The notes under the pieces are model-generated. The model was given only the letters and a program-made list of their open reading frames with translations, made no database searches and was not told where the DNA came from. The translations under genes were made by a program, and so were the position numbers. A DNA stretch of 64,000 nt from an uncultured Phycisphaerae bacterium. Its GTDB lineage: Bacteria; Planctomycetota; Phycisphaerae; UBA1845; PWPN01. The stretch is taken from the NCBI GenBank assembly GCA_938005315.1, contig CALLOB010000014.1:3705-67704 (forward strand), in the 5' to 3' direction. Below, one piece after another: positions 9,390 to 18,873 of this stretch (positions within the stretch are counted from its first letter, which is position 1; each line of letters starts with the position of its first letter).

Positions 9390-11168
9390 CTACTCGCCGC
9401 GGATGACCCGCAGCACCTCATTCATGCTCGTGACGCCTTCGATCACCCGCTGAACGCCGATCTCCTGCATGTACAGCATGCCGGCCTTGCGGGCGGCGGC
9501 GCGGATCGCCTCCACGGGCTGCCCGTTGCGGATCTGCTCGCGCACGCCGGCGTCGGTGATCATCACCTCGAACAGGCCGGTCCGTCCGAAGTAGCCGCTG
9601 CCCTGGCAGTTCGGGCAGACCTTCGGGCGACCCTTCTCGTCGACCTGTTCCTCGGGGCGGGGCGGTCGGTAGAACACGTCGATCTTCTCGGCCGGCAGGT
9701 TGACCTTCTTCAGCAGCTCGGCATCCGGCTTGTAGGCCACGCGGCAGGCGATGCACAGCTTGCGGATCAGCCGCTGGCAGGTCACCGCCAGGATGGTGTC
9801 GGCGACGCCGTCGGTGTCGCCGGCGAGGCTGACCAGCCGCTTGAGGGCATCCAGGCTGTCCTTGGCCACGCAGCCCATGTAGATCTTCTTGGACCGGGCG
9901 GCCGAGACGGCCAGGTGGGCGGTCTCGCGGTCTAGGCAGTCGCTGACCATGACCACATCCGGCTCGCGGCGCAGCACGGTCTGCAGCTGGCGGGCATAGC
10001 TGCCCTCATGTTTGGTGGAGTCGTACGTGTACTGAGTGATGTTCTCGAGGTCCATCAGCGGCGACTGCTCGATGGTCAGCAGGTTCTGCATGAAGGCGTC
10101 GTGCGAGCGGAGGGCGGCATACAGCGTGGTGGTCACGCCGGAGGCCCGCGGCCCGGCGACGAGAATCAGCCCGGTGGGCTCCTTGAGCACCGGCTCCAGC
10201 CGCTCGAGCTGCCGGGCGTGCAGGCCCAGATCGGCGATCCGGAGGCGGTTCTGGGCGCCCACGATCCGCAGGGCGAGCTTTTCGTGCTGGGTGGTGCCGC
10301 TGGTCCGCACCTCGATCTCGGTGGTGCCGCCCGATCCGCCGGTGATGGCCGCACCGATGTTGGCCTGCTGGGGTTTGCGGCGTTCCTGGACGTCCAGTCC
10401 GGCGACGGTCTTGATGAAATCGATGGCCGCCCGGGCGGCCTCGGGGGTCAGCAGGTCATTGCGGGCCTGGACCAGTCCGTCGATGCTGTAGGCCAGGCGG
10501 GCGGCGGTGGCGCTGCAGATGAGCTCCACGTCCGTGGCCCGCCGCCACAGGGCGTCGAACAGCAGCACCTGGGCGGCCTCGAAAGCGTCGGTCTGGGTCG
10601 GGTCGGTCGGCGGAGGAACGCGCTTGCCGCGGTGGTCGTTCACCCGGACGCGTTCGACCGCGTCCATCTTCTGTTCCTTCTTCCTGGTCAGGCTCCCCAG
10701 CCAGGCCTTGATGTGCCGCGGGGTGAAGACCCGGCTGGAGGAATCGACCATGCCGTTGCGGACCGCGACGTAGGCCCCGCAGCTTCCGGCGGTGACCAGG
10801 AACCACAACCCGAAACCCGCCCAGAAGAGCCACGGCCCCTGCCAGGGCATCAGGATCCACAGGGCCAGCCCGACGACTCCGCCGCCCAGGACCACGCCGT
10901 TCCACAGCTCGCGCTTCACACGGCGAAGAAAAAGCGCGTCCTTGTCCACCCACTGGCAGAACAGCAGCCAGGGCACGATGGCCACCAGCACGCCGAGGAC
11001 CCGCCAGTAGCTGATGTATCCGCCGAAGGTCGGGCTTCCGGCCTGGGCGGTCGCGGCCGGGACGGCCCCGACGGCTGCGGGAACCAGCCACAGGCCCACC
11101 GCCGCGGCCGTGAGGGCCGACCGGTTCCAGGAGACTTCAGGATCGAAGTTGCGGTGCATGGGATACAC
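9390..11168 (-). CDS. Membrane-anchored GspE/PilB-like protein with degenerate NTPase motifs (predicted pseudo-ATPase)
   Basis: About four N-terminal TM helices, then the GspE-type N2/CTD fold. The Walker A position reads GPRASGVTTTLY (GTG Val codon at 10134..10136 where Lys is expected). The Asp box is IEQSPLM, Walker B is EPDVVMVSDCLD and the His box is KKIYMGCVAKD. The tetracysteine CIAC...CPNC and GRTGLFEV are retained. Start is GTG 11168 or ATG 11159. Confidence 0.7.
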   Translation of the reverse strand: MYPMHRNFDPEVSWNRSALTAAAVGLWLVPAAVGAVPAATAQAGSPTFGGYISYWRVLGVLVAIVPWLLFCQWVDKDALFLRRVKRELWNGVVLGGGVVGLALWILMPWQGPWLFWAGFGLWFLVTAGSCGAYVAVRNGMVDSSSRVFTPRHIKAWLGSLTRKKEQKMDAVERVRVNDHRGKRVPPPTDPTQTDAFEAAQVLLFDALWRRATDVELICSATAARLAYSIDGLVQARNDLLTPEAARAAIDFIKTVAGLDVQERRKPQQANIGAAITGGSGGTTEIEVRTSGTTQHEKLALRIVGAQNRLRIADLGLHARQLERLEPVLKEPTGLILVAGPRASGVTTTLYAALRSHDAFMQNLLTIEQSPLMDLENITQYTYDSTKHEGSYARQLQTVLRREPDVVMVSDCLDRETAHLAVSAARSKKIYMGCVAKDSLDALKRLVSLAGDTDGVADTILAVTCQRLIRKLCIACRVAYKPDAELLKKVNLPAEKIDVFYRPPRPEEQVDEKGRPKVCPNCQGSGYFGRTGLFEVMITDAGVREQIRNGQPVEAIRAAARKAGMLYMQEIGVQRVIEGVTSMNEVLRVIRGE

Positions 11169-11472
11169 GTTCCGTCACGGTCGGGGTGAACGAATGATTC
11201 GCCGCGTCCGGGTTCGCCGGCCGCAGCCGGTTCTTCCGCAGGCGCGGCTCCGGCGGCCGACGCCGATCGGCCGGGACGCCTGCCGGGCACCCGGCGCGAA
11301 AGCGGCTCCCGACGCTCCGGTCGGGGCATGATAACCGGTCCGGCCGACGGTGAGTAGCCTCGGACCGGCGGCGGGGGAAGTCGGGTCGTGACAGGTCAGG
11401 CGCCTGAAAGTCACCCCGGGCGGTCACGAATGGCCCCTGCGGGTCTGGAGAGCATTTTCGCCCCCCGGGCGT

Positions 11473-11590
11473 CTGGAGGGCCCGCTCCGTCAGGTCCGTG
11501 AAGAATGGAGGCGATCAGGTCCGCCATCGCGGACGCGAGGGACGGCGTCCCGCCGGGCGGAAGGGGACGCGCCGGAGCGCGTCCTTCGGC
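11473..11590. repeat. Diverged, compressed copy of the hairpin-repeat unit found around tRNA-Ala
   Basis: ggagggcccgctccgtcaggtcc (hairpin 11478..11497, loop CTCCGT), ggacgcgagggacggcgtcc (11531..11550) and ggacgcgccggagcgcgtcc (11565..11584). Order and orientation match the 30.7-31.7 kb units. Confidence 0.6.
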
Positions 11591-11615
11591 GGCCGGGGGA
11601 GGTTGCCGGAAGAGC

Positions 11616-13010
11616 TCAGCCGGTCGAGGCCGCGGCGAAGACGGTCTTGTTCCGGCCGGCCTGCTTGGCTGCGTACAGGGCCACGTCGGCCTCGTGGATC
11701 AGGGCCTCGGCGGTGGCCGCGTGGGTGGTGCGAAGGCTGGCGATGCCGATGCTCAGCGTGGCCGGAAGCTCCGGTCCCAGCCGGGCGAGTTCCTCGGTGA
11801 AACGGGCGGTGATCCGGCGGGCTAGGGCGGCTGCGGCGGGGGCGGAGGTCTGCGGCAGCAGGACCACGAACTCGTCCCCGCCGAACCGCGCGGCCACGTC
11901 GGCGTCGCGCAGTTCGCCGGCGATCACGTTCGCGGCGGTCAGGAGGACCTCGTCGCCCTTGCGGTGACCGAACCGGTCGTTGATCTCCTTGAAGCGGTCC
12001 AGGTCGAACATCATGCAGGTCAGGTCCGAGTCGTAGCGTTCCGCGGCCGCGAACTCCCGGGCGATGACCTCGGTGAAGTAGCGGCGGTTATAGACGCAGG
12101 TCAGCGGATCCCGGGCCGCGAGCTGCTCGAGATCCCGGGTGCGCTCCTGGACGCGGCGCTCCAGCTCGGCGTTGAGCTTCAGCAGCTCGTACCGCGACTG
12201 CGAGAGCCGGTCGGCCATGTCGTTGAAGGCCCGGGCCAGATCGCCGATCTCGTCGCGCGAGACCACCTTCGCGCGGGCCTCCATGCTGCCCTCGGCCAGG
12301 GCCCGGGCGGTGCGGGCCAGTTCGTTGAGCGGCGCGACCACCCGGCGGACGACCAGCAGGCTCAGGGGCACGACCAGCAGCAGCAGCAGGATGATCGCCC
12401 GGGTGAGGTAGTCGGCCACCTGATCGAGATTGGCTCGGATGTCGGACACGTCGGTGGCCAGTCGCAGGTAGCCGCGGATGCTGGCCCGGGCCGGGTCGCG
12501 TCCGGCGGACTGGGGGCTGAAGACCGGCACGGTGACGTCGATGCATACCGGTCCGCGGCCGCCGGCGAGGGTCCGCAGGGCCGGACGACCGGGGTTTTCG
12601 ATCGCCATTTTCGAGCGGCCTTCGGCTAGCACCTCGTCCAGCAGTCCGGCCGAGGCTTCGCCGGCCGCCAGGACGTGCCCGGTGGGGTCGGTGAACACCG
12701 CGTACGCCACACGCTGGGAGCGGATCAGATCGTTGACATGCCCCACCAGGCCGGAGAGGTCCGGCTCGGCCACGGCGGCGGCCGCGGCGGTCGCCTGAGA
12801 AACCGCCCAGTCCCGTGCCCAGCGTAATTCGTTGCCGTATAGCCGCAGGGCGGTGGTTCGCAGCGTGACCGCCACGCCGGCGCCGGTGATGACCAGCGTC
12901 GAGACCGTAAACAGCAGCGAGGCCTTGAACTGCAGCGAGCCGAAGACGTCTCGCCAGCCTCCCCGCCGGACGGGATTCTCCGGCTCAGTCATCATCCCTG
13001 ACGATTCCAT
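11616..13010 (-). CDS. Diguanylate cyclase (membrane sensor-HAMP-GGDEF)
   Basis: C-terminal DPLTCVYNRRYF...FDLDRFKEINDRFGHRKGDEVL...RDADVAARFGGDEFVVLLP has an intact GGDEF and an RxxD I-site. TM plus HAMP-like region (VVRRVVAPLNELARTARALAEG). Start is uncertain: ATG 13010, ATG 12995/12992 or TTG 13079. Confidence 0.8.
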   Translation of the reverse strand: MESSGMMTEPENPVRRGGWRDVFGSLQFKASLLFTVSTLVITGAGVAVTLRTTALRLYGNELRWARDWAVSQATAAAAAVAEPDLSGLVGHVNDLIRSQRVAYAVFTDPTGHVLAAGEASAGLLDEVLAEGRSKMAIENPGRPALRTLAGGRGPVCIDVTVPVFSPQSAGRDPARASIRGYLRLATDVSDIRANLDQVADYLTRAIILLLLLVVPLSLLVVRRVVAPLNELARTARALAEGSMEARAKVVSRDEIGDLARAFNDMADRLSQSRYELLKLNAELERRVQERTRDLEQLAARDPLTCVYNRRYFTEVIAREFAAAERYDSDLTCMMFDLDRFKEINDRFGHRKGDEVLLTAANVIAGELRDADVAARFGGDEFVVLLPQTSAPAAAALARRITARFTEELARLGPELPATLSIGIASLRTTHAATAEALIHEADVALYAAKQAGRNKTVFAAASTG

Positions 13011-13385
13011 TGTTGACGCCGCAACTCCCGCTCTTGTTCGACCGCAAGGACCATACGATTCATTTCCGGCCTCGGGCAAACACCCCCAACGGGTTTTCCT
13101 GCCCTGCGGATCGTTTCTGCCGGCGTCGAAGACTCCCGGCGCCCCTGGGACCGTCCTCCGCGGGCCGGGCGTCGAGGCCGGGCGGGGAAGATCGGGCGGC
13201 TCGGAACACGCGGCGGCGCGCGGTGAGTCCCCCCGGAGAATCGACCGGAAAACAGCGGGACTTGATCCGGGAAGGTCCGAAAAAACGGGTTCAACCGCTT
13301 CTCCCCGGCTTCGACGGCGGGTCCGGGCCGGTTCGGCGGGTGGGGCAGGAGGTTCCCGGAGCCTCTGGAGAAGCCCCCGAGCGGC

Positions 13386-14819
13386 TCACCGGCGGTGCTT
13401 TTTTCGACGCTTGCGCTTGTCGGCCTTGGTTTCGCGTCGCTTCTTGACCGTGGAGGAGGCCTTGAAACGCGGCATGACCCCGCTGGCGGCCATTTTGGCG
13501 ATCTGCCCGACGGAACGCATGCGGTCGGCCAGGGACATCCGGCCCATGACCTTCATCATGTCGCGGACCTGGGCGAAGCTCTTGAGCAGCTGGGACACGT
13601 CCTTCACGTCGGTGCCGCTGCCCCGGGCGATCCGTCGCCGCCGCGAGGCCTCGATGATTTCCGGTCGGCGCCGCTCGCGCGGGGTCATGGAGTGGATGAT
13701 GGCCTCGTAGCGGGCCAGCTCGTCCTCGTCGACGTCGGCATTGGCCAGTTCGGCCGACATCCCGGGGATCATCTTGATCAGGTCCTTCATCGACCCCATG
13801 GCCTTCATCTTGCGCATCTGAGCGAGGAAGTCCTCGAGATCCAGGCCCTTGACCATCTTCTGTTCGAGGCGGGCGGCCTCCTTCGCGTCGTACTGCTTCT
13901 GGGCCTTCTCGACCAGCGTGACCACGTCGCCCATGCCCAGGATACGGCCGGCGATGCGGTCGGGGTGGAACTCCTCGAGGGCATCCAGCTTCTCGCCGAT
14001 GCCGATGAACTTGATCGGCTTGCCGGTGATGGTCTTGGCCGACAGGGCCGCTCCGCCGCGGGTGTCTGAATCGAACTTGGTCAGGATCAGGCCGTCCAGT
14101 TCCAGCCGCTCGTTGAACCGCCGGGCGGTGTTGACCGCGTCCTGGCCGGTCATCGCGTCGATCACCAGATAGATCTGGTGCGGCGCGGTGACCTGGGCGA
14201 TCTGAGCGACCTCGGCCATGAGCTCCTCGTCGATGGCCAGTCGTCCGGCGGTGTCCAGCACGACCACGTCCCGGTCGGTCCGGCGGGCCTGGGCGACGCC
14301 GTTGCGGCAGACCTTGACCGGGCTGTCATGCCCGCGTTCGGTGTAGCAGGGAGCGCCCACCTGCGAGGCGATGACCTCGAGCTGGTCGATGGCCGCGGGG
14401 CGTTTGAGGTCCGCGGCGACCAGCAGGGGCCGCTTGCCGCGGTTGATCATGTAGCGGGCGAGCTTGCCGCAGGTGGTCGTCTTGCCCGAGCCCTGCAGGC
14501 CGGCGAGCATCACGACCGTCGGTCCCGGCGTGACGTAGGGGATCCGGGCGTCCACCGGTCCCATCAGCCGCACCAGCTCGTCGTGGACGATCTTGATCAG
14601 CACCTGCTCGGGATGGAGCGTCTCGATGACCTTGGCGCCCAGGGCCTTGGCCAGGACCTCGTCGCAGAACTGCTTGACCACCTGGACGTGGACGTCGGCC
14701 TCCAGCAGCGCGGTGCGCACGTCGCGCATGGCCTCGGCCACGTTGGCCTCGGTGATGCGCCCGCGTCCGCGGATCTGCCGGAAGATGCTGCCGAATCGCT
14801 CGGTGAGACCTTCAAACAT
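13386..14819 (-). CDS. ffh: Signal recognition particle protein Ffh
   Basis: MFEGLTERFGSIFRQIRGRGRITEANV..., GLQGSGKTTTCGKLA, DTAGRL, and an M-domain with a basic tail. Unmistakable Ffh pattern. Confidence 0.95.
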   Translation of the reverse strand: MFEGLTERFGSIFRQIRGRGRITEANVAEAMRDVRTALLEADVHVQVVKQFCDEVLAKALGAKVIETLHPEQVLIKIVHDELVRLMGPVDARIPYVTPGPTVVMLAGLQGSGKTTTCGKLARYMINRGKRPLLVAADLKRPAAIDQLEVIASQVGAPCYTERGHDSPVKVCRNGVAQARRTDRDVVVLDTAGRLAIDEELMAEVAQIAQVTAPHQIYLVIDAMTGQDAVNTARRFNERLELDGLILTKFDSDTRGGAALSAKTITGKPIKFIGIGEKLDALEEFHPDRIAGRILGMGDVVTLVEKAQKQYDAKEAARLEQKMVKGLDLEDFLAQMRKMKAMGSMKDLIKMIPGMSAELANADVDEDELARYEAIIHSMTPRERRRPEIIEASRRRRIARGSGTDVKDVSQLLKSFAQVRDMMKVMGRMSLADRMRSVGQIAKMAASGVMPRFKASSTVKKRRETKADKRKRRKKHRR

Positions 14820-14887
14820 CGCTGCTGCCCGCCCGTCGGGTCCGATGGCCCCCCGACGCCGCGATCATAGGGCTCCTGCGGCCCGGT

Positions 14888-16174
14888 TCACAAGTCGTTC
14901 TGCTCGGCGGCCACCAGATCCTGGTAAGTCTCCCGGCGCCGGATGACGCGGAAGGCGGACCCGTCGACGAGCACCTCGGCCGCGTTGGGCCGGGAGTTGT
15001 AATGGCTGGCCATGACGAACCCGTACGCCCCGGCGGTGAACACCGCCAGCAGGTCCCCGCGCCGCATCGGCGGCAGGTGGCGCTCCCTGGCCAGGTAGTC
15101 GGCGCTTTCGCAGACCGGGCCGACGACGTCCACCTTCCGCGTGCCCGGCAGCCGGGTGTCGCGGCGGCGGTCCGGAGGCACCGCCTCGGGCCCGGGGACG
15201 ACCGGCCATACGAAATGGTAGGCGTCGTACAGCGCCGGGCGGATCAGTTCGGTCATCGAGCCGTCCACGATCACGAACTGCTTATCGCCGCCCTGTTTCA
15301 CATGCACTGTCCGGGCCAGCAGGATCGCGGCGTTGGCGGCGATCGACCGGCCGGGCTCGAGGATCAGCCGCAGGCTCCGGTCGCGCAGCAGCGGAACGAT
15401 CGCCGCGGCATACGCGGTCGCCGGGGGTGCCTCGCCGCCCTCGTAGTGGGCGCCGAAGCCGCCGCCGATATCGAGCGTGTCGATGGGATAGCCGGCATCG
15501 CGCAGCTCGTCGATCAGCCCGAGGGTCTTGGTGACGGCTTCCACGTAGGGCTCGACGGTGTTCACCGGCGAGCCGATGTGCAGGTGGATTCCGCTGAGGG
15601 TCACGCCGAGCCGACGGCCGAAGGTCTCGAATACCCGCCGGGCCCGCTCGAGATCAACGCCGAACTTGGTCTCGCGCTTGCCGGTGGTGGTGTGGCGGTG
15701 GGTCCTGGGGTCCACGTCGGGGTTGATCCGCAGGGCGGCCCGGGCCGTGCCCCCCAGCGACCGGACGAGCTCGGCGAGATTGTCCAGCTCCGACTCCGAT
15801 TCGATGTTGAACAGCCCGATGCCGGTGCGCAGCGCCTCGCGGAGTTCGGCGTCGGTCTTGCCCACGCCGGCGAACACGATCCGCGCCGGGTCCGCCCCGG
15901 CCCGCAGCGCCCGGAACAGCTCGCCGCCGCTGACCACGTCCATGCCCGCTCCGCGCTCGACGAGCAGGCGGAGAATATGGATGTTCTGGCAGCTCTTGAC
16001 CGAGAAGCAGATCGTCGGGTCGAGCGCGGCGAAGGCCGCGGCCATGCGGTCGTAGTGGTCCCGGAAGGTGGCCGCGGAGTAAACGTAGGTCGGCGTGCCG
16101 ACGGCTTCGGCCACCGCGCGGACGGGGACGTTCTCGCAGTAGAGCTCGCCGTCGCGGTATTCGAAGCGGTCCAT
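14888..16174 (-). CDS. lysA: Diaminopimelate decarboxylase
   Basis: Start at ATG 16174 (MDRFEYRDGELYCENVPVRAVAEAVGTPTYVYS). Has FSVKSCQN (PLP Lys), HIGS, DIGGGF and CESAD motifs. Confidence 0.9.
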   Translation of the reverse strand: MDRFEYRDGELYCENVPVRAVAEAVGTPTYVYSAATFRDHYDRMAAAFAALDPTICFSVKSCQNIHILRLLVERGAGMDVVSGGELFRALRAGADPARIVFAGVGKTDAELREALRTGIGLFNIESESELDNLAELVRSLGGTARAALRINPDVDPRTHRHTTTGKRETKFGVDLERARRVFETFGRRLGVTLSGIHLHIGSPVNTVEPYVEAVTKTLGLIDELRDAGYPIDTLDIGGGFGAHYEGGEAPPATAYAAAIVPLLRDRSLRLILEPGRSIAANAAILLARTVHVKQGGDKQFVIVDGSMTELIRPALYDAYHFVWPVVPGPEAVPPDRRRDTRLPGTRKVDVVGPVCESADYLARERHLPPMRRGDLLAVFTAGAYGFVMASHYNSRPNAAEVLVDGSAFRVIRRRETYQDLVAAEQNDL

Positions 16175-16337
16175 GGCCCGAAGAACTCCACTCTGGTCCA
16201 CTCTGGCCGCGGACGGCGGCACAGAGCGTTCATTACACCCGATCCGGCATGCTGAATCAACGCCCCGTGCACCGCATCCCTGAGCGTGTCGCTGACGGGT
16301 CGGGCGACCACGAGTTGTCCTCGGCGGCCGGGGAAGC

Positions 16338-16357
16338 GGACGCGACGGAGCGCGTCC
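16338..16357. repeat. Solo copy of the 20-nt hairpin module GGACGCG-ACGGAG-CGCGTCC
   Basis: Exact ggacgcgacggagcgcgtcc followed by ctcc, in the lysA / BatA-like divergent intergenic region. Confidence 0.7.
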
Positions 16358-16521
16358 CTCCAAACGGGCCCGGCGCCGTCGGGGTCACGGACATCGGGAC
16401 GCGGGCTGTAGGACAACCCGATCGCCGGGCCGGGAACGCGGACGGCCGCACTTCCGCCGGCCGGCCGCGCGGGTATACTCGTGCATCGTTGCGAGGTTCC
16501 GCCCTGCACGGACGCGTTCCG

Positions 16522-18873
16522 ATGAATCCGCCGGATCCCCTGGCTGTTTTCGTTTCGCCCGCACTGGCCTGGGCGGGACTGCTGGCCATGAGCGTCCCGA
16601 TCCTGATTCATCTGCTGAGCCGGCGCCGCCTTCGCCGCGTGCGTTGGGCGGCCATGGATTTCCTGCTTCAGGCCGCCGGCCGCAACCGCCGCCGCCTGCG
16701 CTTCGAGGAGCTGATCCTGCTGACCCTGCGCTGCCTGGCGGTGCTGCTGGCCGGTCTGATGACCGCCCGGTGGTTCACCGAGCCGTCTGCGATCCGCGCC
16801 CTCGATGGCGGCGCCGGCCCGACGCGGCGCTTCGTGCTGATCGATGACTCGCTGAGCATGGGTCTTCGGGTCGGGGAACCGCCGGGCGGCGGCGGGACGA
16901 TCGCCGAGGACCGCGACGCCGGATCGGTCTTTGATCTGGCCGCGCGGGTCGCCGAAGACACCCTCCGCCGGTGGCGTCGACAGGCTCCGCAGGACCCCGT
17001 CACCGTGATGCGGACTTCCGCGCCGTCCGAGCCGCTGTGCCGCGCGGTCCCGCTGGAGTCGCTCGACGTCGCCGCCTTGGGCGAACAGCTCGCCAACGCG
17101 GGGCCGTCGAATCTCCCGGCCCGTTTCCCGTCGGCTTTTCGGGCCCTGCAGGCCCTCATCGAGAGCGACCGCTCCGGACGCCCGGCCCTGGTGCACGTGA
17201 TCAGCGACTTCCGCCGGATCGACTGGCCGCCGGAGGCCGCGCCGGCGGCGCCACTGGCGGACGCCGCCCGGGCGGGGGCGCCGATCTCGCTCGTGCTCGT
17301 CGATGTCGGGCGCGAGGCACGAGTGAACCTCAGCGTCGAGGAACTCCGCCTGGAGGGGGCCCCCGCGGTCGCGGGCGTGGGAACCCGGATGGTCGCCCGC
17401 GTCGCCAACCGCGGTATGCAATCTTCCGCTCCCGGCACGATGCGGATCCACGTCGGCGATGCCGTGGCTCCGCCGCAGCCGCTGCCGTCCATGGCTCCGG
17501 GACAGGCGGTCGATCTGACCTTCGAGATCATCCTGCCCCGCCCGGGGGGGGAAGCCGTCGGCGTCGAGCTTCCGCCGGACGCACTGGCCGCCGACAACGC
17601 GGCCGTGCGCGGGCTGGAGGTGCTGCCGTCGCTGCGCGTGCTGGTGGCGGACGGCGAGCCGGCCGGCGACCCGTATGACGACGAGGTCTTTCTGCTGGCT
17701 ACGGCTCTGCGGCCGGAGGGCCCGCAATTCAGCGGGAATGAGGTCACGGTGGTCGGCGAGAGCGAGTTTGAGAGCCTGGATTTTGCGGACTACCACCTCG
17801 TGATCGCCGCCAATCTGACGGCCTTCGATGAGCAGCTCGCGGCCCGGCTGGAGGCCTTCGTGGCCGGCGGGGGGGGGCTGCTACTTTTCGCGGGCGACCA
17901 GGTGGACGTCGCCGCATGGAATCGCGTGCTTGGCCGCGAGGGCCGGGGGCTGTTGCCGGCCCGGCTGGGCGAGGCGGCGGTCGTGTCGGACGGCCGGCCC
18001 GGGCGGCGGCTGAGCGTGGCCGATGGACTGCATCCGCTCACGCGCAGGCTGCTGGAGTCCGGCGACGCCCTGCTGAGCGGCCCGCTGGTGCATGCCTGGA
18101 TGACCGCCGTTCCGGCGGAAGCCGTCGCCGCGTCGCCTGTCTCGACGGCGACTTCCTCCGCACCCGCGGGGGAGCAGGCCCGGACGCTGCTGGCCCTGGA
18201 CGAACCGGACGGCCCGCCGCTGCTGATCGAGCGGGCTTTCGGGGCCGGGCGTGTCGCCCTGGTGACCACCTCGGCCGACAAGGAGTGGAACACGCTGGCC
18301 GACCATCCGTTGTATGTGGTACTAGCCATGGAGCTGGCCTCGCACTTGGCCCGGCGACCGGCCGACCAGGGCCGGATTCTGGCGGGCGAGCCCATCCGGC
18401 TGGTTCTTGACCCGGCCCGGTATCGCCCGGAGGCGATGCTGCGCACGCCCGGCTTTCCGGCCGAACCGGCCGTGCCACTGGGGATTCGCACCGACGAGGC
18501 GACGGGAAGGCCGGCGTTGCAATGGGGCGGGACGCAGGCCCTGGGACCCTACGAACTGCTGTTGACCACCGTCGCCGGCTCGACGGAGAAACGCGTCGTG
18601 GGCGTGAACCCCGACCCGCACGAGAGCGATCTGAGCCCGGCCGACCGAGACGCGGTGCTTGCGGGGATCGCGGGGCTCGAGGGGATCAGCGTGCGTTTCG
18701 CCACGGCCGACGAGCCGGGCGATGCCGGCGACCGGGCGATCCGCAGGGAGTGGTGGCGGCATGTTCTGGCGGCGCTGGTCGCCGTGCTGATGATGGAGCA
18801 GGCCGCAGCCTGGTGGTTCGGCGGGCGGCGGCATGTCGGGCGGCTGCGCGAGCTGCTGGGGATTCGCTCATGA
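16522..18873 (+). CDS. BatA-type N-terminal double-TM protein with vWA-like and glutamine-amidotransferase-like regions
   Basis: ATG 16522: MNPPDPLAVFVSPALAWAGLLAMSVPILIHLLSRRRLRRVRWAAMDFL (aerotolerance-regulator N-terminal pattern). DxSxS-type RFVLIDDSLSMG, a later YHLVIAANLTAFDEQLAARLEAFVAGGGGLLLFAGD, and a C-terminal TM. Confidence 0.7.
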   Translation: MNPPDPLAVFVSPALAWAGLLAMSVPILIHLLSRRRLRRVRWAAMDFLLQAAGRNRRRLRFEELILLTLRCLAVLLAGLMTARWFTEPSAIRALDGGAGPTRRFVLIDDSLSMGLRVGEPPGGGGTIAEDRDAGSVFDLAARVAEDTLRRWRRQAPQDPVTVMRTSAPSEPLCRAVPLESLDVAALGEQLANAGPSNLPARFPSAFRALQALIESDRSGRPALVHVISDFRRIDWPPEAAPAAPLADAARAGAPISLVLVDVGREARVNLSVEELRLEGAPAVAGVGTRMVARVANRGMQSSAPGTMRIHVGDAVAPPQPLPSMAPGQAVDLTFEIILPRPGGEAVGVELPPDALAADNAAVRGLEVLPSLRVLVADGEPAGDPYDDEVFLLATALRPEGPQFSGNEVTVVGESEFESLDFADYHLVIAANLTAFDEQLAARLEAFVAGGGGLLLFAGDQVDVAAWNRVLGREGRGLLPARLGEAAVVSDGRPGRRLSVADGLHPLTRRLLESGDALLSGPLVHAWMTAVPAEAVAASPVSTATSSAPAGEQARTLLALDEPDGPPLLIERAFGAGRVALVTTSADKEWNTLADHPLYVVLAMELASHLARRPADQGRILAGEPIRLVLDPARYRPEAMLRTPGFPAEPAVPLGIRTDEATGRPALQWGGTQALGPYELLLTTVAGSTEKRVVGVNPDPHESDLSPADRDAVLAGIAGLEGISVRFATADEPGDAGDRAIRREWWRHVLAALVAVLMMEQAAAWWFGGRRHVGRLRELLGIRS

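Noticed and set aside
13011-13079. TTG start at 13079 for the GGDEF gene, and other far-upstream starts listed in the ORF track (e.g. 16363 for lysA, 16249, 18522, 21236, 27645, 29077, 40111, 44036, 48766, 51590, 52504, 58845, 59963)
   Set aside because: The N-terminal extensions are Arg/Pro/Gly-rich, overlap neighbouring genes or intergenic repeats, and precede conserved family N-termini that begin at internal ATG/GTG codons with plausible Shine-Dalgarno sequences or 4-nt stop/start overlaps.
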